Shown here in pieces: positions 8,189-16,845 of a DNA stretch of 33,783 bases. Within the stretch, counting starts at the first letter, position 1; the number at the start of each line of letters is the position of its first letter. Both the position numbers and the translations under genes were made by a program. Below the pieces are notes generated by a model, which did not search any database, had not been told where the DNA came from, and saw only the letters and a list, made by a program, of their open reading frames with translations. This DNA is from Pseudomonadota bacterium (GTDB lineage Bacteria > Pseudomonadota > Alphaproteobacteria > Rhizobiales > Xanthobacteraceae): positions 1 to 33,783 of the forward strand of contig JBKPIZ010000028.1 in the NCBI GenBank assembly GCA_046730495.1, in the 5' to 3' direction.

Positions 8189-10255
8189 TTAGCGTCCCTC
8201 GCGCACCCAGGTACCGGCGATGCTCCCGAGCAATAAAAGTAAACCGAGCAGCCCGGCAAAGACCGGTAGTACGCCGACGCCGCGGACCACGCTGGCGTCG
8301 CTCATCTTCAGCCCGAGCCAGTCGTCGCCCTTGTAAGTATCCGCTGAGCGCACCGCGATGATGCGCGGCACATTCAATCCGCCGCCGTCTTCAAGCCGCC
8401 GCGCGTCGCCGCCTGTGGCATTGGCCAGCGGCGCCAGCACCTGGGTGGTGGAGGTCACTTCGGCATATTCGCGTGGATTTGCCGGTCCGACATTGATCAG
8501 AGCATTGAGCTTGCCATCCGTGGCGCGCCAAAGGCCGAGTTCATTGGCGCTGACGCTTGATTCCCAAACGCCCGGCTTCTTCACATCGAGTTTGAGCGTT
8601 CGCGCTGCGCCTGAAGGCGAGGTCAACGTCACGTCCGCGACCTGGTCAGCCATCGTCTGGCGGCGCACGAGAAGGTCGTGACCGCTGACGGTCAACCGCA
8701 GCGCTTCCTCCTCCAGGTCAGGCTCTTTCATGAGCCAATGCGACAGACGCCGGAGCAAGTCGAGGTGCGGCCCACCGCCTTCAAAGCCGCGGGCCCATAG
8801 CCAGATGTGATCCGACAGCAAGAGCGCGACACGACCCTCACCCTCGTGGGAGAGGACGAGCAACGGTTTTGCATCCGGACCCTGCATGATTGTAGTGCCG
8901 GTCGCGCTGCGCGTGTCGACAACGCGAAACCATTCGCTCCACTGCGGCGACTTGCCTTCGGAGCCTTCAAGACCGCGGGTGACGGGATGGCGCCGGCCAA
9001 GCTCGGTGAGCTCCGGCCGGTATGCCTGATTTGTGACGTTGCCGCTCGGCTCGGCCGGCAAGATCGCATCGAGCGGCGTGCGCCAGATGCTGGTTGAGCT
9101 TGCATAATCGGGACCGGCGGCGACCAGCACAGCGCCGCCGTCACGCACGTAGCGGGTGATGTTGTCGAAATAGATGATCGGCAGCACGCCCTGGCGCGCG
9201 TACCGGTCGAACATGATCAGCTGAAAATCATCGATCTTTTGCTGAAACAGCTCGCGGGTGGGGAACGCGATCAGCGACAGTTCGTTGATCGGCGTGCCAT
9301 CTTGCTTTTCCGGCGGACGCAGAATCGTGAAGTGCACTAGGTCGACCGATGGGTCGGATTTGAGAAGATTGCGCCAAGTGCGTTCGCCGGCGTGTGGCTC
9401 GCCCGATACGAGGAGAACGCGCAGCTTGTCGCGCACGCCGTCGATGCTCACAACGACCCGGTTGTTGACCTGGGTGAGCTCGCCTGCAAGCGGCGATGCC
9501 TCGATCTCGACGATATTCTGTCCGCCGTGAGGAATCGGTACGGTGACGCTCTGCGCAGTGCCGATCGGAACATTGCGCGTTTCGACGACATCGCCGTCGC
9601 GCCGAACGGTTACCTGCGCGGTGCTTTCGTGCGCACCCTGGTCCTCGACCCGATACGTGATCGTCTGCGGCTGACCGACAATACCGAACCGCGGCGCCGC
9701 GACCAGGGCGATGCGGCGGTCGCGTTCGTCCGCATGACCGGTGATGAGAGCGTGCACGGGCGCCGAAAAACCCAGCGAGCCAGCGTCAGCCGGCACGTCA
9801 TGCACACGGCCATCGGTGATCATGATGACACCGGCAAACCGATCCGACGGAACGTCGGCCAGTGTCGAATTAAGGGCTGTGAACAGACGCGTGCCGTCGG
9901 TCTCGCCGTCGGCTTCTCCGGCCTCGATAACGCGCACCTCCAATCCCGGAATTCGATGCAGCGCGTCGAGGATTTTCGCGCGGGCCGCCTCGGTCTGCGC
10001 CATGCGATCGCCGAAGTTCTGGCTCGGACTCTTGTCGACAACGACGACCGCAACCGAAGTCAGCGGATCGCGGTCCTCGCGCGTGAACGATGGATTGGCG
10101 AGCGCGAGCGCGATCAATGCCAAGGCAAGCGTCCGCACTGCGGCACCGCGGCTGCGCGATACAAACAGGACCAGCGCAAACAGGACCGCCGCCGCAATCA
10201 CCGCCCACAGGATCTGCGTGGCGACTAGGGGAGCGAACGCAATACCGATGTTCAA
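8189..10255 (-). CDS. Large membrane-anchored protein, fourth gene of the MoxR/DUF58/BatA operon (function unknown)
   Basis: 688 aa. Hydrophobic helices at the N-terminus (LWAVIAAAVLFALVLFV, LALALIALALA) and at the extreme C-terminus (VLPVFAGLLGLLLLLGSIAG). TTG start at 10255, preceded by GGGAGAGAG. It starts 22 nt downstream of the previous gene's stop. Confidence 0.6.
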   Translation of the reverse strand: MNIGIAFAPLVATQILWAVIAAAVLFALVLFVSRSRGAAVRTLALALIALALANPSFTREDRDPLTSVAVVVVDKSPSQNFGDRMAQTEAARAKILDALHRIPGLEVRVIEAGEADGETDGTRLFTALNSTLADVPSDRFAGVIMITDGRVHDVPADAGSLGFSAPVHALITGHADERDRRIALVAAPRFGIVGQPQTITYRVEDQGAHESTAQVTVRRDGDVVETRNVPIGTAQSVTVPIPHGGQNIVEIEASPLAGELTQVNNRVVVSIDGVRDKLRVLLVSGEPHAGERTWRNLLKSDPSVDLVHFTILRPPEKQDGTPINELSLIAFPTRELFQQKIDDFQLIMFDRYARQGVLPIIYFDNITRYVRDGGAVLVAAGPDYASSTSIWRTPLDAILPAEPSGNVTNQAYRPELTELGRRHPVTRGLEGSEGKSPQWSEWFRVVDTRSATGTTIMQGPDAKPLLVLSHEGEGRVALLLSDHIWLWARGFEGGGPHLDLLRRLSHWLMKEPDLEEEALRLTVSGHDLLVRRQTMADQVADVTLTSPSGAARTLKLDVKKPGVWESSVSANELGLWRATDGKLNALINVGPANPREYAEVTSTTQVLAPLANATGGDARRLEDGGGLNVPRIIAVRSADTYKGDDWLGLKMSDASVVRGVGVLPVFAGLLGLLLLLGSIAGTWVREGR

Positions 10256-10277
10256 AAGCTCTCTCCCAGTCCGACGT

Positions 10278-13091
10278 TTATTGGCCTAAGCGCTCAAGCA
10301 GCGCCGGCACATGCACTTGATCGGCTTTGTAATTGCCGGTGAGCGTGTACATCACGATATTCACGCCGGCGCGGAACGCGAGCTCACGCTGGCGGGGTTG
10401 TCCGTCCACCATCGGCAGCATCGGCTGGCCGTCCGGCCGCGTCGCCCAGGCGCCGGCGAAATCGTTCGAGGTTATGATGATTGACGAGACGCCATCGCCG
10501 CCGCGGGCAGGGCGGTCCGAGGCTTCCTGCTCGCTTTCCGAGGGCAGTGCCTCAACCCAGAGCTGGCCGCCGTCGAAGCGGCCGGGAAAATCGCGCAGCA
10601 GATAAAAGGTCTTGGTCAAAACGTGATCGCGCGGAACCGGCTCGAGTTCAGGAATGTCGAGCGACGAAAGGATTTTCCGCAGTTCGAGCATCCCCGGACT
10701 GCGGGTTTCGCCGCCTTGGCCGGCCGGCGCGACGACCGCGTCGCGAGTGTCGAACAGCACGGTACCGCCGTCTTTCATGTAGGCATCGATGCGCTTGAGG
10801 GCCGCATCGGAGGGCCGCGGCGCGCCGGGCACGATCGGCCAGTAGATCAGCGGATAAAACACAAGCTCGTCGCGGGCGATATCGAGCCCGATCGGATCAC
10901 CGGGCTCGAGTGCGGTTCGCTGCGCGAGAAATAATGTGAGCCCGGAAAGCCCGGCCTTGCTGATGGAATCGACCTCGGCATTTCCGGTGATGACATAGGC
11001 AAGTTTGGTCTCAAGCGCCGACTGCGGCGCATTCGTCGGCGATTGCTGCGCATAGGCGCTTACGCATGTCAGCGTCAGAGCGGCGATCACGACAATGGAT
11101 GCCGAAGCTGCAGGCAAACGGCGCGGGATGAGGCGCTGTATGCCGCCGCCCAGGAACAGGACAATAACCGAGTCGAGCAGCAGCAAAGCGATGGCCGCAA
11201 GCAGGACTGGTCCGCGCAAATCCTGCGGTTCGCTGGTGCGGTAAACTTCACGACTGGCATTGACGAGCGGCGAAAAATCAAGCGCGGCGAGGCGATCGCC
11301 GCCAGCTAAGGTGTTGACGGCCAGAAGGCTCTCGGGCGGTCCGTAAAATCCCGGCGGATGATCGTGCGTGGCGCCACCGGCAAAATCTTCCGGCACCGGC
11401 CGCGCGGTCGGCGGCGGCGCCACGAAGCTGCCAAAGCCATCCAGGATGTGACTGGGCGCGGCGACGGCGTGCGCATTCTTGCTTGCTGCCGCCGTGCCCT
11501 CGGTGGCCATAGTCGTGCCGGACAGGGCGACAATGCGCTTGAGCATATCGACAAAGGCGCCGGACAGCGGCAGGTCCGACCAGCGCGTATCGCCGGTGAC
11601 ATGAAACAGTACGATGAGGCCCTTGCCGCGGTGCGCCGCGGTGACCAAAGGCGTGCCATCAGCGAGCGTCGCCCACGTGTTATCGCCGAGCGTCGCATCG
11701 GGTTCGGCGAGAACTTGGCGGGTGACGGTGACATCATCGGGCACCGGCAAACCGCCGAATGGACTGTCGCGCGAGAACGCCGCCAGCGGTTGTGGTTTGT
11801 CCCAGCTCAGGCTGCCCCCAAGAATACGGCCGCCGCGACGCAGCCTGACAGGCACGAGGTCGTCCTCGGACGCGGCAAGCCGCGGACCCGCGAACCGCAC
11901 TAAAACGCCGCCGTCTTCGACCCAGCGGGCAAGGCGGTCATGCGCGTCGCCGACATTGCCGACATCGGTGAGGATCAGCATCGGCAGATTTTGATCAAGA
12001 AAGTGAGACACGGCATCGGCCGGCGATTCTCCTTGCGCAAGTCGCACATCGGCGAACGGCTCAAGGGCGCGCTGCAGGTAATAGCTCGATGACAATAACG
12101 GCTCGGCAACATCGGCGTTCGCGCCGGAGACGACGCCAACGGTGCGGCGGCGCGACCGTTTATCCAAAAGCTGGACCGCGCCTGCCGATCGCTCACCGGC
12201 AATTTCCAGTCGCCTAATCTCATTGCGCAACTCGACCGGCAGTTCGAAACGCGCTTCGGTTTCTCGATCGGCCGGCTTGAAAGTGAATTGTGCTTCGCCC
12301 AGCGGCAGTCCTTTTAGATCGAGCGCCCGTACCGTGCCGGTGTCAGGTGCACCGGGCGTCGCGCGCAGGACCTTCACAGCCAAGGCGCCGGCGGCATTCT
12401 CGGCTCCGTTGAGTGCGCGCGGCTGCGGGATTCCGCCGGTGACTATCGTGAGCGGATGCTGACCGACCGTTTGTTCCAGGCTGGTGATAAAGGCAGCTCC
12501 GTTGCCGAGATCTATTCCGTCAGAAAGCCAGACCAGTTCGATCTCGGGATTGGTCGAGAGGAAGCGTGACAGCGAGGGCAGAGCCTCGGCGCGGTCGATG
12601 CGATAGGGGACCGGCTTGATTTGCTGCAGCCGCACTCGCGCCGAGTCGGCGGTTTCGAGCGAAATGTCACGTGCGCCCTGGGATAGCGGCAGCAATGCCA
12701 CGGCGCGCCGGTCGTCCGCTGCACGCATAATAACGTCATCGGCGGTGCGCACCCGCGCCTCCCACGTACTCGCCGCCGTCCAACCGTCGTCGAACAGGAT
12801 TGCGAGCGGTGCGTGGGTCTTAGTCGCCGCCACCGGCGGATGCCAAAGCGGACCGGCGGCGGCGATGATGATCGTCGCGGCGAGCGTAAGCCGCAACAGC
12901 GTGAGCCACCACGGGGTGCGGGCCGGCGTTTCCTCCCTCGGCACAATTGCGAAAAGAAGCCTGGTCGGCGGAAAGTCGATGCGCCGCGGGCGCGGCGGGA
13001 TCAAGCGCAACAACCACCACAGCGCCGGCAAGGTGATTAGCCCGGTAAGCACCAGCGGTTCGGTAAAACCGAGCGAAAGCGCGCTGATCAT
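10278..13091 (-). CDS. BatA-N-terminal-domain / DUF4159-type membrane protein (aerotolerance-operon-like)
   Basis: 937 aa. The N-terminus (LVLTGLITLPALWWLLRLIPPRPRR) resembles the aerotolerance-regulator (BatA) N-terminal domain. There are internal TM helices (VLLAAIALLLLDSVIVLFLGG, IVVIAALTLTCV). The C-terminal part (...VFYPLIYWPIV...IDAYMKDGGTVLFDTRD...) resembles what I recall as DUF4159. The ATG overlaps the DUF58 stop (ATGA). Confidence 0.65.
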   Translation of the reverse strand: MISALSLGFTEPLVLTGLITLPALWWLLRLIPPRPRRIDFPPTRLLFAIVPREETPARTPWWLTLLRLTLAATIIIAAAGPLWHPPVAATKTHAPLAILFDDGWTAASTWEARVRTADDVIMRAADDRRAVALLPLSQGARDISLETADSARVRLQQIKPVPYRIDRAEALPSLSRFLSTNPEIELVWLSDGIDLGNGAAFITSLEQTVGQHPLTIVTGGIPQPRALNGAENAAGALAVKVLRATPGAPDTGTVRALDLKGLPLGEAQFTFKPADRETEARFELPVELRNEIRRLEIAGERSAGAVQLLDKRSRRRTVGVVSGANADVAEPLLSSSYYLQRALEPFADVRLAQGESPADAVSHFLDQNLPMLILTDVGNVGDAHDRLARWVEDGGVLVRFAGPRLAASEDDLVPVRLRRGGRILGGSLSWDKPQPLAAFSRDSPFGGLPVPDDVTVTRQVLAEPDATLGDNTWATLADGTPLVTAAHRGKGLIVLFHVTGDTRWSDLPLSGAFVDMLKRIVALSGTTMATEGTAAASKNAHAVAAPSHILDGFGSFVAPPPTARPVPEDFAGGATHDHPPGFYGPPESLLAVNTLAGGDRLAALDFSPLVNASREVYRTSEPQDLRGPVLLAAIALLLLDSVIVLFLGGGIQRLIPRRLPAASASIVVIAALTLTCVSAYAQQSPTNAPQSALETKLAYVITGNAEVDSISKAGLSGLTLFLAQRTALEPGDPIGLDIARDELVFYPLIYWPIVPGAPRPSDAALKRIDAYMKDGGTVLFDTRDAVVAPAGQGGETRSPGMLELRKILSSLDIPELEPVPRDHVLTKTFYLLRDFPGRFDGGQLWVEALPSESEQEASDRPARGGDGVSSIIITSNDFAGAWATRPDGQPMLPMVDGQPRQRELAFRAGVNIVMYTLTGNYKADQVHVPALLERLGQ

Positions 13092-14065
13092 GCCGATACC
13101 GCCGATCGTGTGGGCGCCTGCACTTGCATCCGTTCATAACCTGCACCGGCGCCGATCCGGGCGTGTAAAGCTAGCAGAAGCTCGGCCGCCGGACGGTCGG
13201 TTCGATGGATGCTGAAGCTCCAGCCGAGCCGATCGGCCTCGCTGCGGATCGCAGCGCGGTGCTGCGCAATCTGGGCGATGTAATCGGCGCGCCAGTTCTC
13301 GGCCCGTCCCGCGGTGATGCGTCTGCCATCTTCCGGCTCGATGAATTCGACCCGGCCCCAATAGGGAAATGTCTCCTCCGCCGGATCGATGATCTGTACA
13401 ATATGTCCCTGGGTACCATCGCTGGAGAGCTGCGCGATGATCCGCCGCACGTCGGCAATATCGCTCCAGAGGTCGGAGAGCAAAACCACCTCGGCGAGCG
13501 GGGAGGGCGCGAAATTCGGCGGCAGGCTCACACGCTCGTCGCGATCCACCAGAATGGCCTGGGTGATCCGCTCGATGACGTTGCGGCTGCCGGTCGGACG
13601 CATCAAGCCTGGAATTCCGACGCGCTCGCCGCCTTCGACCAGGACCTCGGCAAGGGCAAGCGCGATAACGAGCGTCCGATAAAGTTTGCTGTCGCGCGCA
13701 AGTGACGAGGCAAAATACATTGAGGGCGAACGATCGGGCCAGATCCAAACCGTATGCGCCGCTTCCCATTCCTGCTCGCGCACATAAAGATGGTCGTCGC
13801 GCGCCGACCGACGCCAATCGACTCGTGAGGCCGGTTCGCCGGAAACAAAGCGGCGGTACTGCCAGAAATTCTCGCCCGGTCCAGCGCGGCGGCGTCCGTG
13901 CAAGCCGTGGATCACGGTGGCCGCCACGCGACGCGCTTCGAGAATAAGCCGCGGCATGCTTGCTGCGAGCGTACGGCCTTCGCCGGACGCGCGGGCGACC
14001 GCCGCACCGTCCGGGTATATGCGCTGTGGTGAGCGCGAATGTGGAGACGAGGTCTCCGTTGCCAT
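13088..14065 (-). CDS. DUF58 domain protein (MoxR-associated, VWA-related)
   Basis: 325 aa with a DUF58-like signature, ...FWQYRRFVSGEPASRVDWRRSAR... It starts 4 nt after the MoxR stop. Confidence 0.75.
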   Translation of the reverse strand: MATETSSPHSRSPQRIYPDGAAVARASGEGRTLAASMPRLILEARRVAATVIHGLHGRRRAGPGENFWQYRRFVSGEPASRVDWRRSARDDHLYVREQEWEAAHTVWIWPDRSPSMYFASSLARDSKLYRTLVIALALAEVLVEGGERVGIPGLMRPTGSRNVIERITQAILVDRDERVSLPPNFAPSPLAEVVLLSDLWSDIADVRRIIAQLSSDGTQGHIVQIIDPAEETFPYWGRVEFIEPEDGRRITAGRAENWRADYIAQIAQHRAAIRSEADRLGWSFSIHRTDRPAAELLLALHARIGAGAGYERMQVQAPTRSAVSA

Positions 14066-14069
14066 CGGC

Positions 14070-15086
14070 CTATCCGATCCGCGCCTTTAATCGTGCGACC
14101 ACGGCTTCGATCGTTTCGCCTTCGGCGCGCGCCGTGAAAGTGAGCGCCATCCTGTGCTTAAGAATGGGCTCGGCAAGTTCGATGACGTCGTCGATGGAGG
14201 GCGCCAACCGGGCATCGAGCAATGCGCGAGCGCGCACCGCGAGCATCAGCGCCTGGCTCGCGCGCGGGCTTGGGCCCCAAGCAATGAGTTTGGCGTCACC
14301 ACTGCTATCGGCGCCCGGACGTGCGGACCGCACCAGCGCCAGAATCGCCTCGACAACGGAATCGCCGACCGGAAGCCTGCGCACCAAGCGCTGCGCCGCC
14401 ATCAGGTCCTCGGCCGTCATCGCCGGCTTTGGCCGGGTTTCCTCGGAGCCGGTTGTTTCGGACAGGATCCTCCGCTCGGCTTCGCGGTCGGGATAGTCGA
14501 CGTCGATTTCCATCAGGAAGCGATCGAGTTGCGCTTCCGGCAGCGGGTAGGTGCCTTCCTGCTCGAGAGGGTTCTGCGTGGCGAGGACATGGAATGGCTT
14601 GGGCAGATCGTGTCTGGTACCCGCGACCGTCACGTGCTGTTCCTGCATCGCCTGCAGCAGCGCCGATTGGGTGCGCGGGCTGGCGCGGTTGATTTCGTCA
14701 GCCATGAGAAGCTGAGCAAAGACCGGGCCCGAGATGAAACGAAAGCTGCGCTTGCCGGTCTGGCTCTCCTCCAGGACTTCGGTGCCAAGAATGTCCGACG
14801 GCATCAGATCGGGCGTGAACTGAATACGCCGCGCGTCGAGACCGAGCACGGTGCCCATCGTGTCGACGAGCTTGGTCTTCGCCAAACCGGGCACGCCAAG
14901 CAGAAGGGCATGGCCGCCGGACAATATGGTAACCAGCGCCTGCTCGACGACCTTATCCTGACCGAATATGACCATGCCGATCGCCGCTTTGGCGGCGCGC
15001 ACATGCGCCGCGGTGGACTCCGCCGCACGCACAATCATGTCTTCGATCTTTTCGAGCCCTTCGCCGCCAGTAGCGGGCATGGCCAA
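14070..15086 (-). CDS. MoxR-family AAA+ ATPase
   Basis: 338 aa. Walker A is GVPGLAKT and Walker B is LLMADEINRA, with typical MoxR length. AAGGAG lies 7 nt upstream of the ATG. Confidence 0.9.
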   Translation of the reverse strand: MAMPATGGEGLEKIEDMIVRAAESTAAHVRAAKAAIGMVIFGQDKVVEQALVTILSGGHALLLGVPGLAKTKLVDTMGTVLGLDARRIQFTPDLMPSDILGTEVLEESQTGKRSFRFISGPVFAQLLMADEINRASPRTQSALLQAMQEQHVTVAGTRHDLPKPFHVLATQNPLEQEGTYPLPEAQLDRFLMEIDVDYPDREAERRILSETTGSEETRPKPAMTAEDLMAAQRLVRRLPVGDSVVEAILALVRSARPGADSSGDAKLIAWGPSPRASQALMLAVRARALLDARLAPSIDDVIELAEPILKHRMALTFTARAEGETIEAVVARLKARIG

Positions 15087-15335
15087 CTCCTTGCTTTAAA
15101 GCGTTGCACCGATCAGATTTGCATCACATGAACGAACGACAACGCATTTGTACCCCGTTTTCGGCTTATGAAATGCAACATATGCGCCATCTGCCCGGTG
15201 CAGATTTTGCGCTGATTCGTAAGCCACCGGAACACAACTGAGGTTTAGCTGCTGCCCGGATGGGCGATCGGCAAACGCGAAGCCAAAATGACCATGCCGA
15301 CGCCGATGTCTTAAGCTTCAAAGTCAAGGCAAACC

Positions 15336-15923
15336 ATGGCGAAGGCAGGGCAATTCGGCCTGGACTCGATCACAGGCGCGCTAGCCGAAGCGGGCCGGCG
15401 CCCGCCGCCGGTCGAATTATGGGACCCGCCGTTCTGCGGTAACCTTGATATGCGCATCGCGGCGGACGGGACTTGGTACTATCTCAAGACGCCGATCGGC
15501 CGGCCGGCGCTCGTCAAGTTGTTCGCTTCCGTACTCAAGCGCGAAGGCGACGATTACTTCCTGGTCACGCCCGTTGAGAAATGCGGCCTGCAAGTGGAGG
15601 ACGCGCCGTTTGTTGCCGTTGAGCTGAAAGTCACGGACGGGGATGCCGGACCGGTGCTCAACTTTCGGACCAATGTCGATGAGTGGATCGCCTGCGGATC
15701 AGCGCACCAATTGCGTTTCGATCCCGAGGTGGGGACCGGAGGCTTGAAACCCTATCTGCATGTGCGCCGCGGCCTGTGGGCCAAGGTGACGCGGTCGCTG
15801 TTCTTCGATCTTGTCGCGCTCGGCGAAGAACGCGAGGTCGCGGATAGAGCGATGTTCGGTGTCGCTTCGATGGGCGTCTTTTTCCCGATGGCGCCCGCCG
15901 ATCAGGTAAAGGATTTGGCGTGA
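15336..15923 (+). CDS. DUF1285 family protein
   Basis: 195 aa. The sequence (...WDPPFCGNLDMRIAADGTWYYLKTPIGRPALVKLF...) and its position upstream of the CoA pyrophosphatase and cca match the conserved alphaproteobacterial synteny as I recall it. Confidence 0.6.
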   Translation: MAKAGQFGLDSITGALAEAGRRPPPVELWDPPFCGNLDMRIAADGTWYYLKTPIGRPALVKLFASVLKREGDDYFLVTPVEKCGLQVEDAPFVAVELKVTDGDAGPVLNFRTNVDEWIACGSAHQLRFDPEVGTGGLKPYLHVRRGLWAKVTRSLFFDLVALGEEREVADRAMFGVASMGVFFPMAPADQVKDLA

Positions 15924-16585
15924 ACGACCGAGCCGACAATGCAGATACCGCCGCAATTGGCGATTTCTTCGAGCGCGCGCGCGAGCGGCTCACTCTCGAA
16001 GTGCCGGCGGGTTTGGCCGATCCGGCCGCCCGAGGCGCGCGCGGCGATCTCGATCTCAATCCGGAAATCTGGCTGCGCGCGGGCGTCAAGGCGACGAGAC
16101 CCGCCGCGGTGCTCGTTCCGATCATCGACCACAGCGAACCAACCGTGCTTCTGACTTTGCGCACGGCGGAGCTTGCGAGTCACGCCGGCCAGGTCGCGTT
16201 TCCCGGCGGCAAGATCGATCCGGCGGACGAAAGCCCGGTCGCCGCGGCACTGCGCGAAGCGCGCGAAGAGACCGGCCTTGCACCTGCATTGATCGAGCCG
16301 ATCGGCTACCTCGATCTTTATCTGACCTTCTCCGGTTTTCGCATTCTGCCGACGGTGGCGCGGGTCAAGCCCGATTTCACCCTCTTGCTGAATCCACAAG
16401 AGGTGACCGAGACATTCGAAGTGCCGCTGAAATTTCTGATGACACCGGCCAATCACCAGCGCAAGACGCGCGATTGGAACGGTTTTGCACGCGATTATTA
16501 CGCAATCCCTTATCAGAATCGCTACATCTGGGGCATCACCGCAGGTATTCTACGGAATCTCTACGAGCGGGTTTATGGCGCATGA
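15920..16585 (+). CDS. CoA pyrophosphatase (NUDIX hydrolase)
   Basis: Nudix box GGKIDPADESPVAAALREAREETGL, preceded by the CoA-type motif LLTLRTAELASHAGQVAFPGG. The GTG start overlaps the upstream stop (GTGA). Confidence 0.8.
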   Translation: MNDRADNADTAAIGDFFERARERLTLEVPAGLADPAARGARGDLDLNPEIWLRAGVKATRPAAVLVPIIDHSEPTVLLTLRTAELASHAGQVAFPGGKIDPADESPVAAALREAREETGLAPALIEPIGYLDLYLTFSGFRILPTVARVKPDFTLLLNPQEVTETFEVPLKFLMTPANHQRKTRDWNGFARDYYAIPYQNRYIWGITAGILRNLYERVYGA

Positions 16586-16845
16586 TCCGGCCGATACTGA
16601 TTGAGATCGGATTATTTGTCGCACCGTTTGTCGTCTATGCCGCCTTCCTCGTGATGACGCCGAACGGCTTGCTGCAGCCATCGGCTTGGGGCGCGCGACG
16701 CGTCGCTGCGCTTGGGATTGCGGGATTTGTTCTGATGCTCGGTAGCTTTGTCTTTTTCGCGCAGTTTTCCGGCGCCCCGCCGGGCTCGACTTACATTCCG
16801 GCGCATATTGAAAATGGCAAGTTCGTACCGGGGACGACGCAGTGA
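16582..16845 (+). CDS. Small membrane protein (two TM helices; DUF6111-like)
   Basis: 87 aa from ATG 16582 (MIRPILIEIGLFVAPFVVYAAFLV...). It has an ATGA overlap with the upstream stop and a GTGA overlap with the cca start. The longer ORF-track version (16474) overlaps the NUDIX gene. Confidence 0.6.
   Translation: MIRPILIEIGLFVAPFVVYAAFLVMTPNGLLQPSAWGARRVAALGIAGFVLMLGSFVFFAQFSGAPPGSTYIPAHIENGKFVPGTTQ

Noticed and set aside
9392-10289. Plus-strand ORFs of 278 aa and 182 aa antisense to the 688-aa membrane protein gene
   Set aside because: These are Arg-rich shadow frames with no motifs. The minus-strand gene has coherent TM topology and operon context.
14154-15131. 325-aa plus-strand ORF antisense to the MoxR gene, and alternative-frame ORFs inside the DUF58 gene (for example 13134-13817)
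   Set aside because: The MoxR and DUF58 frames carry unambiguous family motifs (Walker A/B, DUF58 signature). The overlapping frames are Arg/Gly-rich artefacts of high GC.
15221-15250. GGAAC at 15229-15233 in the MoxR/DUF1285 divergent region, considered as a possible EcfG -35 element
   Set aside because: No CGTT lies at 16-17 nt spacing. The sequence there is TGCT/GCTG.
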